Part shown: piece after piece, positions 23,501 through 36,246 of the stretch
Layout: the number at the start of each line of letters is the position of its first letter
Numbering within the stretch: the stretch's first letter is position 1
Source of the DNA: Strigamia acuminata
Lineage: Eukaryota
Reading direction: 5' to 3'
Assembly: GCA_949358305.1 (NCBI GenBank)
Contig: OX442314.1
Span: 3,968,001-4,032,000, forward strand
Length of the DNA: 64,000 nt
Position numbers and translations under genes: made by a program
The notes under the pieces: model-generated
The model's database searches: none
Seen by the model: only the letters and a program-made list of their open reading frames with translations
Told to the model about the DNA's origin: nothing

Positions 23501-25399
23501 GTCGTGTTTGTGCGTATTCCGCCCTGAATAGTAAATATAAATTACGATCGGATCAATTATTATTCGTTCAATGACATTGTACTTGTTCGTCTTTGGCTTG
23601 TAAGCGCGAGAAATGTTTCATCAACTCCACGTTGAGGTTGTTGTAGTTGAGCTTTGGTGCGAGATGTAGCATGGCCTGGTAGCAATTCGATTGTAATTCG
23701 ATTATTTTGATTTTTATTTTTATTTCTTTAGAAGTTACTTTGACGGTGTTTTCTCTGATCGCCGGATTCGTATCGAGAAATCCTTGGAGGATCTTGGGGA
23801 AGATTTGGTCGTTGATGATGGCAGGTTGCAGATGGTCCACGAAATGTTCCAACTACAGAGTATTATAGAAAATAGGTTTTTTTTTTTAATTTCCTGTACC
23901 AAAATGGCCGATACTCCCGGGAATTCGGTAATCTTGGTACCATAATTATTTTCGATTATTTTCATTGGTTTTTCATCATTTTAGACGTTTTAAAATTTAT
24001 TTTTCATCATTTTATGCGTTTTTTAAATTGATTTTTCATCATTTTAGGCCTTTTTAATTGATTCTTCATCATTTTAGACATTTTTTGTGGATTTTTTAAT
24101 TGTTTTAGACATTATTTTGATGGATTTTTAATTGTTTTACACATCTGATTACCACTTAGACTTTCTTGATGTATATTTCTTTGTTTTAGATGTCTAAACA
24201 ATGAAATGTCCTTCAAAAGCTGTCTAAAACGAAGAAATATTCGTCAAAAGACGTCTAAAACAATAAAATATCCATTAAAAAAACATAGAAAACGACTAAA
24301 TATCCATCAAAGGATGTCTGAATTGATGAAAAACAGTTGAAAATATGTCTGAAATGATGAAAAATAGACGAGAAAACGTCTAAAATGATGTAACAGACGA
24401 GAAAACGTCTAAAATGATGTAAAATAGACGAGAAAATGTCTAAAATGATGAAATGTGTCATGTCTAGACCGACCATGTTCGTCATTGCGACGGTACAATT
24501 CGTAAAGTCGCAATGACAAAGTGGTATTTCTGTTATTCTGGCCGGAACCGCAGGTACCGGTTATATTTTCAGATTTCTCGGTTCCCGATTCCGTAATTTT
24601 CAATCCCGTTTCCCGAGAAATCAGTATCCCGGTTGCCCGGGACCGAAACCCTAATAGAAAAGTAGAATGAAGAAAATTATATTCTCTTATTTCCGTTACT
24701 TGTTGCAATAGACGAGCGCGAGTCGCTCTGTCCGACGAACTAAACAGTTTAACGACGCAGGGGACGATTTTCTTGTCGTACTCGTCGTCGCCGAGCAGTT
24801 TGCCGAGCTTGAACATGCTCGGCAGCACGACCGAGCCGGCGTTACCGAACTCGTAGGCGTTGACGAGCTGCGGCAGAACTTTGTATTTGCAAATGTCCGG
24901 CGGAAAACTGTCCAGCTGCTGCGTGAGGCTGTTGAAGAACTTGGTCTTTTCCGTCGCATCTTTAATCTATTCGGATAAATCAAAACATTTTCAACTAATA
25001 TACTATTTTATTTTGTACACTTCTACATACTTGAATTTCTTCGAGAAACAAAAGCGTGTTGATGAAGACGTTGTCGAAGAATCCGCCCGGGCTGCGGCCG
25101 CGGCGCAGAAATTCGCTCGGGTTCGGACGACTGCCCGGATTGGCGCTCACCAACTGGCAATATTGCGAAGATAGCGATTTGGGGATCTTCAATTAAAATC
25201 ACAAATTATTATCATTATTTGGGTTGTTCACGAGTGCGATATATCGCAACGCAATTTTTTTATTTCCAAAATTGCACTGCGGTTTTTATAAAAAAAAACT
25301 GCAACACGATTAACTGCAAACTGCTAAAAACCGCAGAAAACCGTAAACAACCAAAATTTTGCAAATTTTATTTTAATTTATTTAAAAAAAAAAAAAATA

Positions 25400-25468
<69 letters not shown>

Positions 25469-26841
25469 TTTTATTTTTTTCTTGAATTTTGGAGTTTCTA
25501 GGGTTTATTTTCTTGAATTTTGAAGTTTCTAGGGTTTATTTTCTTGAATTTTGGAGTTTTAAGGGTTTATTTTCTTGAATTTTGAAGTTTCTAGGGTTTA
25601 TTTTCTTGAATTTTGGAGTTTTAAGGGTTTATTTTCTTGAATTTTGAAGTTTCTAGGGTTTATTTTCTTGAATTTTGGAGTTTCTAGGGTTTATTTTCTT
25701 GAATTTTGAAGTTTCTAGGGTTTATTTTCTTGAATTTTGGAGTTTTAAGGGTTTTGCAGTTTTAAGGGTTTTGCAGTTTTGCGATATACTGCGTGCATTG
25801 CGATATTTTATGGAAACCGACCAGGCTTGCCAAAAAAAATAACTGGCACAACCCTAATTATTATACTGTAAACACAGAGAACACATTAATTAATTAATTA
25901 ATATTTACCTTTCCTATATTTTTCAAGCTCGATGCCTTCACCAACGATCCGTTAAACACTTCCCAGATGAGACAACCTAAGCCCCACATGTCCGCACCCC
26001 TGAAAAAATAAACAAAAAATATAAATTATCATTATTTTTTTAAAAAATTTAAATTTGTTAAAATGTGACCATTTCGTTGTGGTTTGCGAAGGCGGCGGAT
26101 TGTATTTCTCCAACTGACTCAAGATCTTGAGCGGCGGACTCGCGTCAGCTGAACAAACGTACTCCATCCCGCCGAGTTTCCACTCTCCCGCTTGGTTCTT
26201 TAAGACGGACCAAATGCACACGTTGTTGTGCATCAAGTTGCAGTCGTTCACCAGAAAATTGATGGCTTTCTGTGAAAAAAATATAAAAAAATGTAAAAAA
26301 TGCACAAAAATGTTGTTTTTTAAAGTTAATTTACACTGATTTGATGTAGGCCCCACGAGATGTCCAACTCGTGTTTGTGCCTGTGTCTGTGGTTGTGGTT
26401 GTCGTGTGGCAAGTGGTTGGAGAGTGGCTCGACGTACTCGGTGACCAAATAGATGGCTTTGTCCGTCTCCAGACTGTCCAAGTACATGGTGATGTTGGGA
26501 TGACGCAGCGTCTTGAGCCTCTTGACAGCTGCTTTGGCCACTTCCAGCTGTGAGAATAAATTTAATTAATTAAATTATACTTTGTTTAGTTTAATTTTAA
26601 TTTACTTGAACTTGGTTTCCTTTTTTCACGTCGTACGTGAAGATCGAGACGGCTTCTCCGGTGCTCTTTGAATCAAAAATTGAATGAAATTAACTAAAAA
26701 TTCAATTCAAATTCTATGTTCAACCTTTCGTTTGCCGACGTGCAGTTTCCAGAGCGAGTTTTCTTCGTACGCGCCTTCGATCGGACTGCATATTTCGTAG
26801 TTGAAGTCCTTGGACGGGTCGCGACTGAAAAACGACCACAT
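20600..26841 (-). CDS. SCYL1: SCY1-like pseudokinase 1 (NTKL/yata)
   Basis: Exons 26841-26725, 26665-26606, 26547-26335, 26269-26070, 25999-25909, 25186-25031, 24966-24700, 23852-23739, 23675-23583, 23523-23272, 23205-23130, 23058-22805, 22747-22598, 20932-20749 and 20685-20600, all GT-AG and phase-consistent. Motifs [58 protein letters not shown] and C-terminal AMKLG. Confidence 0.95.
21070..22545. repeat. ~21-bp intronic satellite (AAAGTGAAATTTCAATGGAAA), split by the 21324-22302 insertion
   Basis: The same unit flanks both sides of the insertion. Confidence 0.85.
21324..22302 (-). mobile_element. Helentron-associated non-autonomous element (HINE/DINE-1-like)
   Basis: Subterminal inverted repeats TTAGACTTCTAAACC (~21361 and ~22288), a (GTCC/GTCT)n microsatellite near the 5' end and a 3' stem-loop TGTAATGC..GCATTACA. 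Inserted in a T-run with no clear TSD. Confidence 0.75.
25396..25755. repeat. (AAT)n microsatellite followed by a 31-bp tandem repeat (TTCTTGAATTTTGGAGTTTCTAGGGTTTATT)
   Basis: Directly visible in a SCYL1 intron. Confidence 0.9.
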
Positions 26842-27763
26842 GACTAGTGGGAGACTTAATGCTAAATGTGTCTGTGTTGTTTTCTTGTCCGTCAACGTCA
26901 CCACACGTCTAGTCATAGGGGGAGTCTCTAAACGAGTTTCGATGTTAAACTCGAGTGTTTGTGGACATTATTTCTGCTAATTTATTTATTTCTCGTAATT
27001 TCTAAACATTTTGTCGGAAATTGTCAAGTTGTAAAAAAAGAGCATGTTCTCGGAACTGTCGGAGCTGAGAGTAAGTTAGTGACGTCACGAATGGTTTTTC
27101 GGTAGCGAGTGGCAAATTTCCTGAAATTTTGTAAAAAAATTTTAAAAATGTTTGAAAAACTTAACGAATCTGAGATTTTCGTTATAAGTTGGCGATGTGT
27201 AGCGTTTTTTAATTTTTTTTTTAAATTCAGTCTATTGACGGGATTATATTAATTTGTTCATTTTGTCGGCAGGTGGACCTTATACGGAAACCGGTCGTAA
27301 CCAGTCGACCAGCAAGCATGTAGTAATGGAGGCAAGAGGTTGAGCTGCCAGTTCTAGTTGAACGAAACTAATCGAACTTTACTGGATTAACTTCGATTAT
27401 AATCGAGAATGGAGTTGAAACCGAAATCTATTTCAGACAGTAAAACAAAGCGATCGAAACATTGGTCGAATTTTATCGTCAAACTGTTTTTGCGAATAAA
27501 ATTGAATTTTCGACGAATTTTGTCCAAACAATGAAAAAATTAAATTTGGCAAAACGAAGGAACACACGAATTCTTTCTGTCAAATTTCAATCGCAATTTC
27601 ACTCGCAATTTATTCACATTCTATAAAAAACAAAATAAAAAAAATGTCTGTTTTATGTACACATACAATGACTCATCACAAAGAATAATGAACAATGTTA
27701 GTTTTATGTTTTTGCTTCCTCGCGGTCAGTGAAAACGACCAGTTGTCTCCGCTATTCCAATCG

Positions 27764-30700
27764 TTACCTGACAAACGGAAATAAATTAAATTAAATTAAT
27801 AAAATGCTTTTACTTTGCGTGACGATCACCTGTTCCCGTGCCTCAGCGCAGGTTGCACGACGTTGGCGATGGCGTTGGCAATAGCGAGGGCATTGGCGAA
27901 GACGTTGGCGAAGACGTTGGTCACTGGTCGGTTGATCACTGGGCCCTGCGCGTTCGGTCTGGGCACGGCGCCCTGCGCGTTCGGCCTGGGCACGGCGCCT
28001 TGCGCGTTCAGCTGCTGCCTCCCCTGCACGGCCGCGAACGGAGTCTTGCTCGGGTCGTGCTTCAGCTCCATCGCCTGCACTTCCGGGTGCGTCGCTACGT
28101 ACTCTTGCTTCGCCTTCTTGGCGCCCTCCTGCACCTCCAGCCGATGCATTTCTTCGTTGTTCGAGAATTTAGGACACCTGCGATCAAATGCGATTAGTAT
28201 GTACATTTATGTCGAAAATTGGATGTTTTTGCTCTAAAATTGAATTTTTTTGGCCTAAAATTCATTTTTTAACCTCAAGTTAAATTTTTTTTAGCTTAAA
28301 AATGAACTTGTTGGCCTTAAATACAGTTTTTGAGAAGTGTCCTAGACATGTCTTTTTCGCCAAGGTCATAATGCTTAATCAACTCGCCTCCCGTTCTCGA
28401 AATGAATGTAGCTGACGATAGGTTCGCGACACACGTAGCAGAAGTGTTGGCCGCACGTGCACGTCATCTTGTTGCAGCCTTCTTCCTTGACGATGCGCCT
28501 CTTGCACCTCGGACACGCGCGCAGCAGCGCCTCCGTCATCCGGTCCTCGATGTACGTGCGGAACTGCACCTCGGACTTCTTCTCGTTCTCGTCGCAGCGC
28601 AGCGGAAGGTGGTTGGCTTCCTTGCAAAGCCTTTATCAAAGAGAAATTTAAAAAAACAATTTTCCTAAATTCTTTTCTATCTCTTTACCTGCACGTGACT
28701 TTGAAACACTCGGGGTTGAGGCAGCTGAAGATCTTGACGTTCGCGTCCGGCATGATGGCGCAGAACGAGCAGTGCGGGCACGACTCGAGGTCCGCGATGT
28801 CCGCGCGCCGGATCTCTTCCTCCTGCATCTTGCGCATCACGTTGGACAACACGTTGGGCGCTAAAACCTTGCGCAGCGTCATCAGCGGGAACTCGGTCTC
28901 GCAGTTCCCGTCCAGGCACGGGAATTGGTACTTGTCCTGGCCGATGTGCACTTCGGCTTGGCGCCGGATGCACGTTCTGCAGAACAAGTGGCCGTCGGAG
29001 CACTGCAGCATGTCCTCTATCAGCATTTCGTCCTCGCAACAGCAATCGCACGTCATTAGTTCGTCTTTTTGCTTCGCCGTTGCGATTTTCCTCGTCCGTT
29101 CGGTTTCCTTGTCTTGTTTGAATTCTAAAGAAAATATAATGAAAAAAAATGAATTTTAGACGTGACGTGACGGTTTATTACGTTTGATTTTGTCCTCCAT
29201 TTCGAAGTAAAGTTTTTCTTTGTAGAAGAGTTCGTCGATTTCTTGCGGCATGGGTTCGAGGTCGCTCATCGTCTTTTTTTTGCGCACGGATTCCTTTCTC
29301 TTTTTGGATGGTTTACCGTCGGTGGGGGGAAGGTTCCAAGGCGCGTTCAACTCTTTCAAGATGGGCGTGAGGTGGAAATTGTGTTTGTTCATCAGTCGGG
29401 TCAAATCGGCTTTGTGCGCCATTGGGAATTGGTTTTGCACGTAAATCTGGACGTGTAATTGGTAAGATGCACTCATGGGTCTGTCGTTGTTTTGGAAATA
29501 GTTTTCCGGGTCTGGGAACATCTCCAGAAACTCCTCGACGCTGAAGCCGCTGAAATTCATTGAAAAAAACAAGAAAAAATCAGGAAAAAATAGAAAAAAT
29601 TCTTGAAAAATAAGAAAAAATTCTAAAAAAAAAACAAAAACCATTCTAAAAAAATGTAATGGAAAATTTTGTAAAATCATGAAAAATCTTGAAAATCATG
29701 AAAAATCTTGAAAATTATGAAAAATCTTGAAAATCATGAATAAATCTTGAAAAATCGTGGAAATCTTGAAAAATCAGAAAACAGTTGTGAAAAATCAGAA
29801 AACATTTGCAAAAACTTCTAACAAATCGAAAAATCTTGAAAATCATTAAAAAACTTGAAAATCAACTTTTTTTAAAAAAAATAAAAATCTTGAAAATCAA
29901 AAAAAATAAAAAAAAACCTTGAAAATCAACTTTTTTTTAAAAAAAAATAAAAATCTTGAAAAATCATCAAAAAAATCTTGAAAACCATGAAAAATCTTGA
30001 AAAAATCTTGAAAATCATCTTTTTTAAAAAAAATTAAAATCTTGAATAATAATAAAAAATCTTGAAAAATCATTAAAAATCATGAACATCATGACAAAAC
30101 CCTAAAATCTATTTAAAACAAACAAATTAAAAATAAAAACCTTTCCACATATTTCCGTTTAGTCGCCGCCTTTTGAGCTTCGGCCAACTTCGGATATTTC
30201 CCACTCTCCAACCACCCGGAAACCGTCGCATTCACGAAATTAACATCGCCCGTATTTGTCTCGATAAAACTCCGCAAATATTCGGGATCGGCATCCGGAA
30301 ACACTTCCAAAATCGACTTCACCGTATCCATCGTAATCGACTTCACCACATCCATCGTAATCGACACATCGTTATCCACTTCGGCCGAAGTCGACGCGAT
30401 CGGTCCCGACCCATTAATCGCATCGGTCCGGACGTCATTCGCAACCGGAAACGGCGCCGCCCCGTCCATTCCGAGCAACTCGCCGATGACGATGCGCAAT
30501 CGGTCCGGATTCTCATGAAACGCCTCTAAATACGCGAGAATCTCCTCCCGGCTCGTATTCGGAACGAACCTCTTCACAACGTCCACTTCCTTCACCAATT
30601 CGTCGTATTTGTCCAATTTCTTCTCCCCCAGGATCTTCAACGGCGCTTCTTCGGCTTTCTGTGGCCGTTTGGCGATCAAACGATCGATCACGATGCCCCT

Positions 30701-30769
30701 TGTGTTTGCATTTTCATTCTCACTGTCAATTTCAATCAACTCGTAAACTTCTGTGCCGGTATTTGTCAT
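27764..30769 (-). CDS. RNF216: RBR E3 ubiquitin ligase, RNF216/TRIAD3-like; start codon uncertain
   Basis: Exons 30769-30141, 29549-29182, 29124-28689, 28630-28388 (GC donor), 28177-27830 and 27767-27764. RING1 CDCC..CSDGHLFCRTC, IBR CPHC..CLNPEC..CRLC..H, RING2 CPRC..EGCNKMTCTCG..FCYVC, and an FPDADPEYL motif. Confidence 0.88.
29670..30095. repeat. Degenerate intronic tandem repeat (AAAATCTTGAAAATCATG)
   Basis: Visible array. Confidence 0.75.
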
Positions 30770-33554
30770 TCTCGGAAGTGTATTAAATACGAGACTGATT
30801 GTTGAATATCTACAAATATTATTGTAAAAATTTGTAATTAAGCCTAACATGAACTTTTGGCAAATCGGAATATGGACTTACGGGAATTATCACTTCTTCT
30901 ATTCGCTTCGGAAAATGGACTCGATCATAACAACACGCGTGGTCAAAACGGGACCTATTGGATGACTTGTCCGGGCTAGTTCTCCTGGGACAACGCCATT
31001 GACCGGCAGTGGGCACTGTCAAAAGCTCTCGAAATTTCTTTGGAGTTTTGGCAAAAGGCTTTTCAGTTTTTACTTACAAGTTAGCAAAATTCAAAATTGC
31101 CTGACAAAACTGATTCGATGCAGCGTCGCTCTGGTGGTAACAAATGTTATTAACTGTACGAGTGATATGACGCAATTCTTTCCCGTTGATTGCAACCAAT
31201 AGGGATGCTTTACCGTCGGCACAGCAACAGTCACGTGGTTGTGTTATTCATTCCATTTCGAGGTTTGTCGTTTTCGTCCGTTGTTTTCTCTCGGATTCCA
31301 TTTTCGGTTGTTATTTTTCACAATTTCCATTACTACTGAACTGGATTAAGGTTGGTTTGGATCGGATGGTTCGATTTTCGTGCAAGAATTGAATGAATTG
31401 AAAAAATGCAGCATTGAGCTTTGTTCAGTCTGGACACTTGTGAATAGGCTTATCACTTTGGATTCCATTTTAGGCCTAGTGTTAATTTCAATTGAAGTGA
31501 ACAACATAATCATTATAAATAATTTTCAGTTCTAATCCATCTGCCCACCTCGCACTCTTTTCTTTTTCCTATTTCTTTTACATTCTGTGGATTTGTGTTT
31601 AGAGGTTAGTCCTAACAAAATGTCTATCCAAATGGGTTTAAGCTTTTATTCTGTAGCTTTCCATCCTGTTTGGCTTCTGTGAGGAAATTTTTTTTTCTTC
31701 CTAGTTGTATTTTTTGTTTATTAGACAAGGCTCTTCTATTTCCTTTGTAATGCTTTAAACAAAAAGTTCACATTTCTGAATCTTAGACAATCTTTCTTTG
31801 TTTCATTTTCTTTCTGCTTTGGTCTGAGCACTGGCTGTGCTCGGTTTTAAGTTCTTTACTTCTCAGTCCTTACTCCAGGCTCTTTTTTCTCTGCTTTTGC
31901 TTCTTTTTCCATGGAAGTAGCTCTTCAGCGAGTCGTTACAAAAGTATCAATCAAGAAATTTTGATGTTTTCACTGTATGTTCATAAGTGACTTCTTTGAA
32001 GCCTTTCCTGGTCGGTCGAAGCTTCTCTGGTGGAATTCCTTTCACTTCCATTTTAGAACGTAAAACTTTCTTTCTAAAAATAATTCTGGTTCAAAATATG
32101 CTAGCAATTATTTGCGAGTTGAAATATATCAGACAGTAGTACTTCCTGGTCGACATTTATAGTGTCCACTAAAGGCATCTTTGGCCACACAAACCATTTC
32201 TACAAGCTGCATCCCAAACTTGCATACAATCCGAATTTTATAAAAAAAAAAAAAATTTTTACTGTTTATAAAAGCGACTGCTTGTGCAGTGTGTGCACGT
32301 TCAAGTTCGGTCGATTTTTCTGCATTGGCTTCAAATTTAAACGGATTAAGGTCATGAAAGTAGTGGCTAAAAAACTACTCTGCAACATCCGACAATATGT
32401 TGACTGAAACTTCTTCCACAATTTCCATAAATGATTCCATAATCGACACTGATATACTTTCCGAACTAAAAATTAATAGAACATAACAAAAAAAGAAAAA
32501 AAAATACAGGTGACCCTCAATCTAAAAAGTAACATAGAAAATTGTGGGTGATGATTAACCAAAAAGAAATATATCCCACTTACTTGGTTTCCTTGGCCTT
32601 TTTCAATTTTAAAAGTGTAATTAAATGTTATTACATGCCACAATTTTTGTTTAAGCTGCATACTTTTGATGTTGGTTTGGTGTTGGCATTTGGACGAGAT
32701 ACTTTGAATATTGACAAAAGTTTTTGCAACCTTCATTATTTTGTCAACGGCAACTGAAAAAAAAAGATGGCACTATTACACCAATAAAACACGACTAAAA
32801 CAACAAAAATACTAACAAAACACCGAAAATACTATAGCTGCATTCATAAAGTCGTTATAGGTGCTTGTGTTTTTGTTTAGTGATGTTAATTAAAACATCA
32901 AAATTCCTTAAAGCACGCAAGGCGTGGTACAAAAATGAGTGCGAAAAGCTCTTCCTACTGGATGAGTTTGCCAATACCCTATTCTATCTATCTTTGAATC
33001 CTTCTGTCCTGGTGTAATATTGTTCTTGCTCATTATGGTCTCGGATTTTGGTGTATGACAAAACACAAATGTGGAAAATCCATCGTTTATCTATCTATAT
33101 AGTTCCTATTCTTTTTTGCTAACACTGCTAAATACGCTTGCCATGGTCTTCCAGATTACGTAATCTACATGGTGGTTAGTGCCAGTTTCCACGAATTTTG
33201 TCTCTGTGTTCCAGGAAAAATTTTTCCATGTAAAAACGTTTGTCGGTTTCTTTCGGCATTGATTGGGGTCTACTTTTCTCCTTCATTTGCTGTACGACAA
33301 ATATTCTCTTCTTTTCCTCCACAAATTCAAAAAAATTTCACAAATTCAAAAAAAATTTTAAAATCTATTTAAAAAATTAAAAGTTGGTCCTTTCTCTCAT
33401 TGGGCGAGCCATTTCAAACCAATAATCTGAACAAACATGTATCTTGAAATAAAAACAGCATAAAACTTTATTTTATTAATGGGAACAACATTTTATTATA
33501 AAATAGAAATAAAATTTCATCATTTTATTCATTAGAATAAGCCAAAAAATAAAA

Positions 33555-33935
33555 AAAATTAAAATTACGTTTCTGCATAATTTTCAACAAATGCTCATGG
33601 TATGCATATCTAAACTGATTTTGGACGTAGCGATCCACGTATTTCTTATATAAATTGGACATTCGTCATTTTCATTTGTAAAATATTTCTCCGGGTTCGG
33701 GAATGCTGAGATTGCAGCAAATGATAGAGATTTTTGAAAAAATTCATAAGAATTTATATAACTGGAAAACCTTTCAACAAGTTTCTGCTTGATCGCCGCT
33801 ATCTTAGTTTGGGCCAGCTTGGGATATGAATGGTTTTGCCTCCATCCATACATACTTGAGTTGAAGTAATTTGGTTCGTTTTGCCATCTTTCCAGAAAAC
33901 TCCATAGATATTCCGGGTCAGCGTCTGGGATCTGG
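33555..33935 (-). pseudogene. Degenerate partial duplicate of the RNF216-like gene (N-terminal region)
   Basis: IPDADPEYLWSF..YPKLAQ..FPNPEKYF, then in another frame YVQNQFRYAYHEHLLKIMQKRNF. These match FPDADPEYLRSF..YPKLAE..FPDPENYF..YVQNQFPMAHKADLTRLMNKHNF of the neighbouring gene. No RBR exons found. Confidence 0.75.
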
Positions 33936-35392
33936 GAGTAGTTTGTGACAGTTACACTGTCATACACGTTAATAGGACGTTTATTCTGTCAATAGATGGC
34001 GCTATCGCGTTTTAGCGACAATTTCAAATTTTAATTTTTTTTGTTGATTTAATATATAAATGTAAATTTATACTGTATGTCAAACAACGGTATTTAGACA
34101 GTTATTAAGTATTTTAAATGTCTTTAATGTTGTGTTGACTAGTTTACCACTTAATTCTATTAAGCTTTAAAGATGGCCGCCGCGGCCAGTCGCCTTTCTG
34201 TCACTCTGCCTGACCGAATCTTAATTTTCAATTATTTGAACGATTTGGTTAGTATTTTCAACGACATTAGTTCCGGAAAAGCTTCTACAAAAGCTAGGAA
34301 AAACAAATTCGAATTTGAAATCAAGAAAATTCGATTTATTTTGAATAGTGCACTGATGACCACCGATGCTGATCACGTGGCGCCGATATAAGTCGTGTTT
34401 TTGGTATTTGTGTGTTAGTTTTTGTATCTTTTAACATCCAAAAACAAAAACACAAACATCTATAACACTTAAAACACGATTTTTCGAATGCAGCTAAGTG
34501 CTTTTTCCGAATATATACTATATTTTTAAATTCCCGGAATTCCAAAAACGTTTCTTGATGCCTTTTTTTGCGGACTCAATGATACATACCGTGTATTAGA
34601 AAATATGTAATGTTACCAGAGAATTTATAGATTTAAAGAAAGCTGCCAAACTTGCCATTGCTTACATTTAACAGTCATTAGTATAATTGAACACCACCTA
34701 TTGTGAGAACCGAGACTTGTGAAGATGAAGCAACTAATGAGCATTTCAGTCTGAATAATTTTAATAAAAGGTTTGGCAAAGTACAAGTGCAAAGTACAAG
34801 AATTCGTTTTTTGTTATTATAACAATGGGGCAATATTAATCGATATTGCTTGCGATATTATTCGATAATGCATTTAAACTACACAAGTGATATAAAACAA
34901 TACTATAAAGATAATATTATTGTTTAATTTCCATAATTAAACATTTTACATTTTCATTTTCATTTTTAACAAATATTGCTAACTTGCTCCTGGCATTTGG
35001 TCAACTGTATTGAAGATACAGTCATATTTCTTTCAAAATATGATTGATGTTTGCTGTGTAATAAACAACAGAACCATTTTCATGTCGTAAAACTTCTCAA
35101 GTATTGATTTCAAAAACACCGGAAATATAATTCATTGGCTTTTTTAACGACGCATAATCATCATCATAAAATGAATGATTTACTAACTTGTTTTTCTCTT
35201 TGCATTTGCAAGCAAGCTGTTGTAGATACTGAGTCAGCCGGGACCAAGTTGTTCTAATATATCTCACACAACAGCTGAACGGTGTTTGAAACACACAACG
35301 TTAGATTTTACTCGTCTGCTGTCTCATTCTAAGCTTGAGCCATCATTTGCAGACCCAAGTTCAGGTAAGCCTTCCAAAGATGAGTAAAACAT

Positions 35393-36215
35393 TGTCGCGT
35401 CCTACCTGGTGATAGGTTTAATGAGCTAACGTGTATTACTTTACCTGTGATTCTATTAAATATGTAAATTACCCAAATGAATACTAAGTATATGTAAATG
35501 AACAAATAGGTTTATTCAATAGGCGTGAGCCTTAAAATACACTCAGTATAAAGCTAGAGTCGACTTGGTCAGAGTCGAACAAAGAGTTTCTCAAGATGGC
35601 GTCGTCGATTCCGCGTGGTCGGCGGAACAAAGGCGGCGTCTCGAGTTGTCGTAAATTCGTCACGGATTCGTCGTTCACGGACGCGGTGGAATGCTCTTTC
35701 GAGTCTTCTATCCGTGCCTGTTGTCTAGGGGTTGGTTTTAGCGTCGCAAGGCTCCGTCCAGAAACGTGGAGTTTCTTACAGGGCACTCGGACACTTTAGT
35801 GGTGGAATAACCGTGGGTCGGTTATTCGGTGTGAATTCACAAGAGTTATTTTCCTGCTTTCGCGGGAAATAAACGCACAGTGTAAATTCGTGAGAGTTAC
35901 AGTTGCACTGGAATCAGCGGTCCTCTATCAATCCTAACTTTTGGTGGAGTTGGCCTGACGGTGAGGTAGTTGCTGTGTTCTTGGTGTCGTTTGTGTAAGT
36001 TCTGATTTTAGGCGGGAAATTCTCCCTTTTATGGGTCAGTATGAGGGGCCGGCGCAGCCAATGGGGGCTTGCCACCCGACGCCTCACTCCCCTCGGGGCA
36101 CACACCTGCTCATGGAGAGGCGGAGCCAACACGAGGGGAACGACCGGTCTATTGCAGTGAGTCATGGGGCAAATATCCGCTTGGAGAGAAATATTTAACC
36201 CCCATGCTCACCACA
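35393..36215 (-). repeat. 3' LTR of the outer element (823 bp)
   Basis: Matches 49099-49921 with two mismatches noticed by eye. Confidence 0.95.
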
Positions 36216-36246
36216 CGTCCTTCCTCCAGCTTTGAACACAGGGTGT

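Noticed and set aside
31400..33400. Possible highly decayed pogo-like transposase
   Set aside because: Only faint motif resemblance across many stops; no TIR or TSD identified
35532..36165. Duplicated 84-aa and 83-aa ORFs (also at 49238-49871)
   Set aside because: They lie within the two LTR copies; no coding evidence
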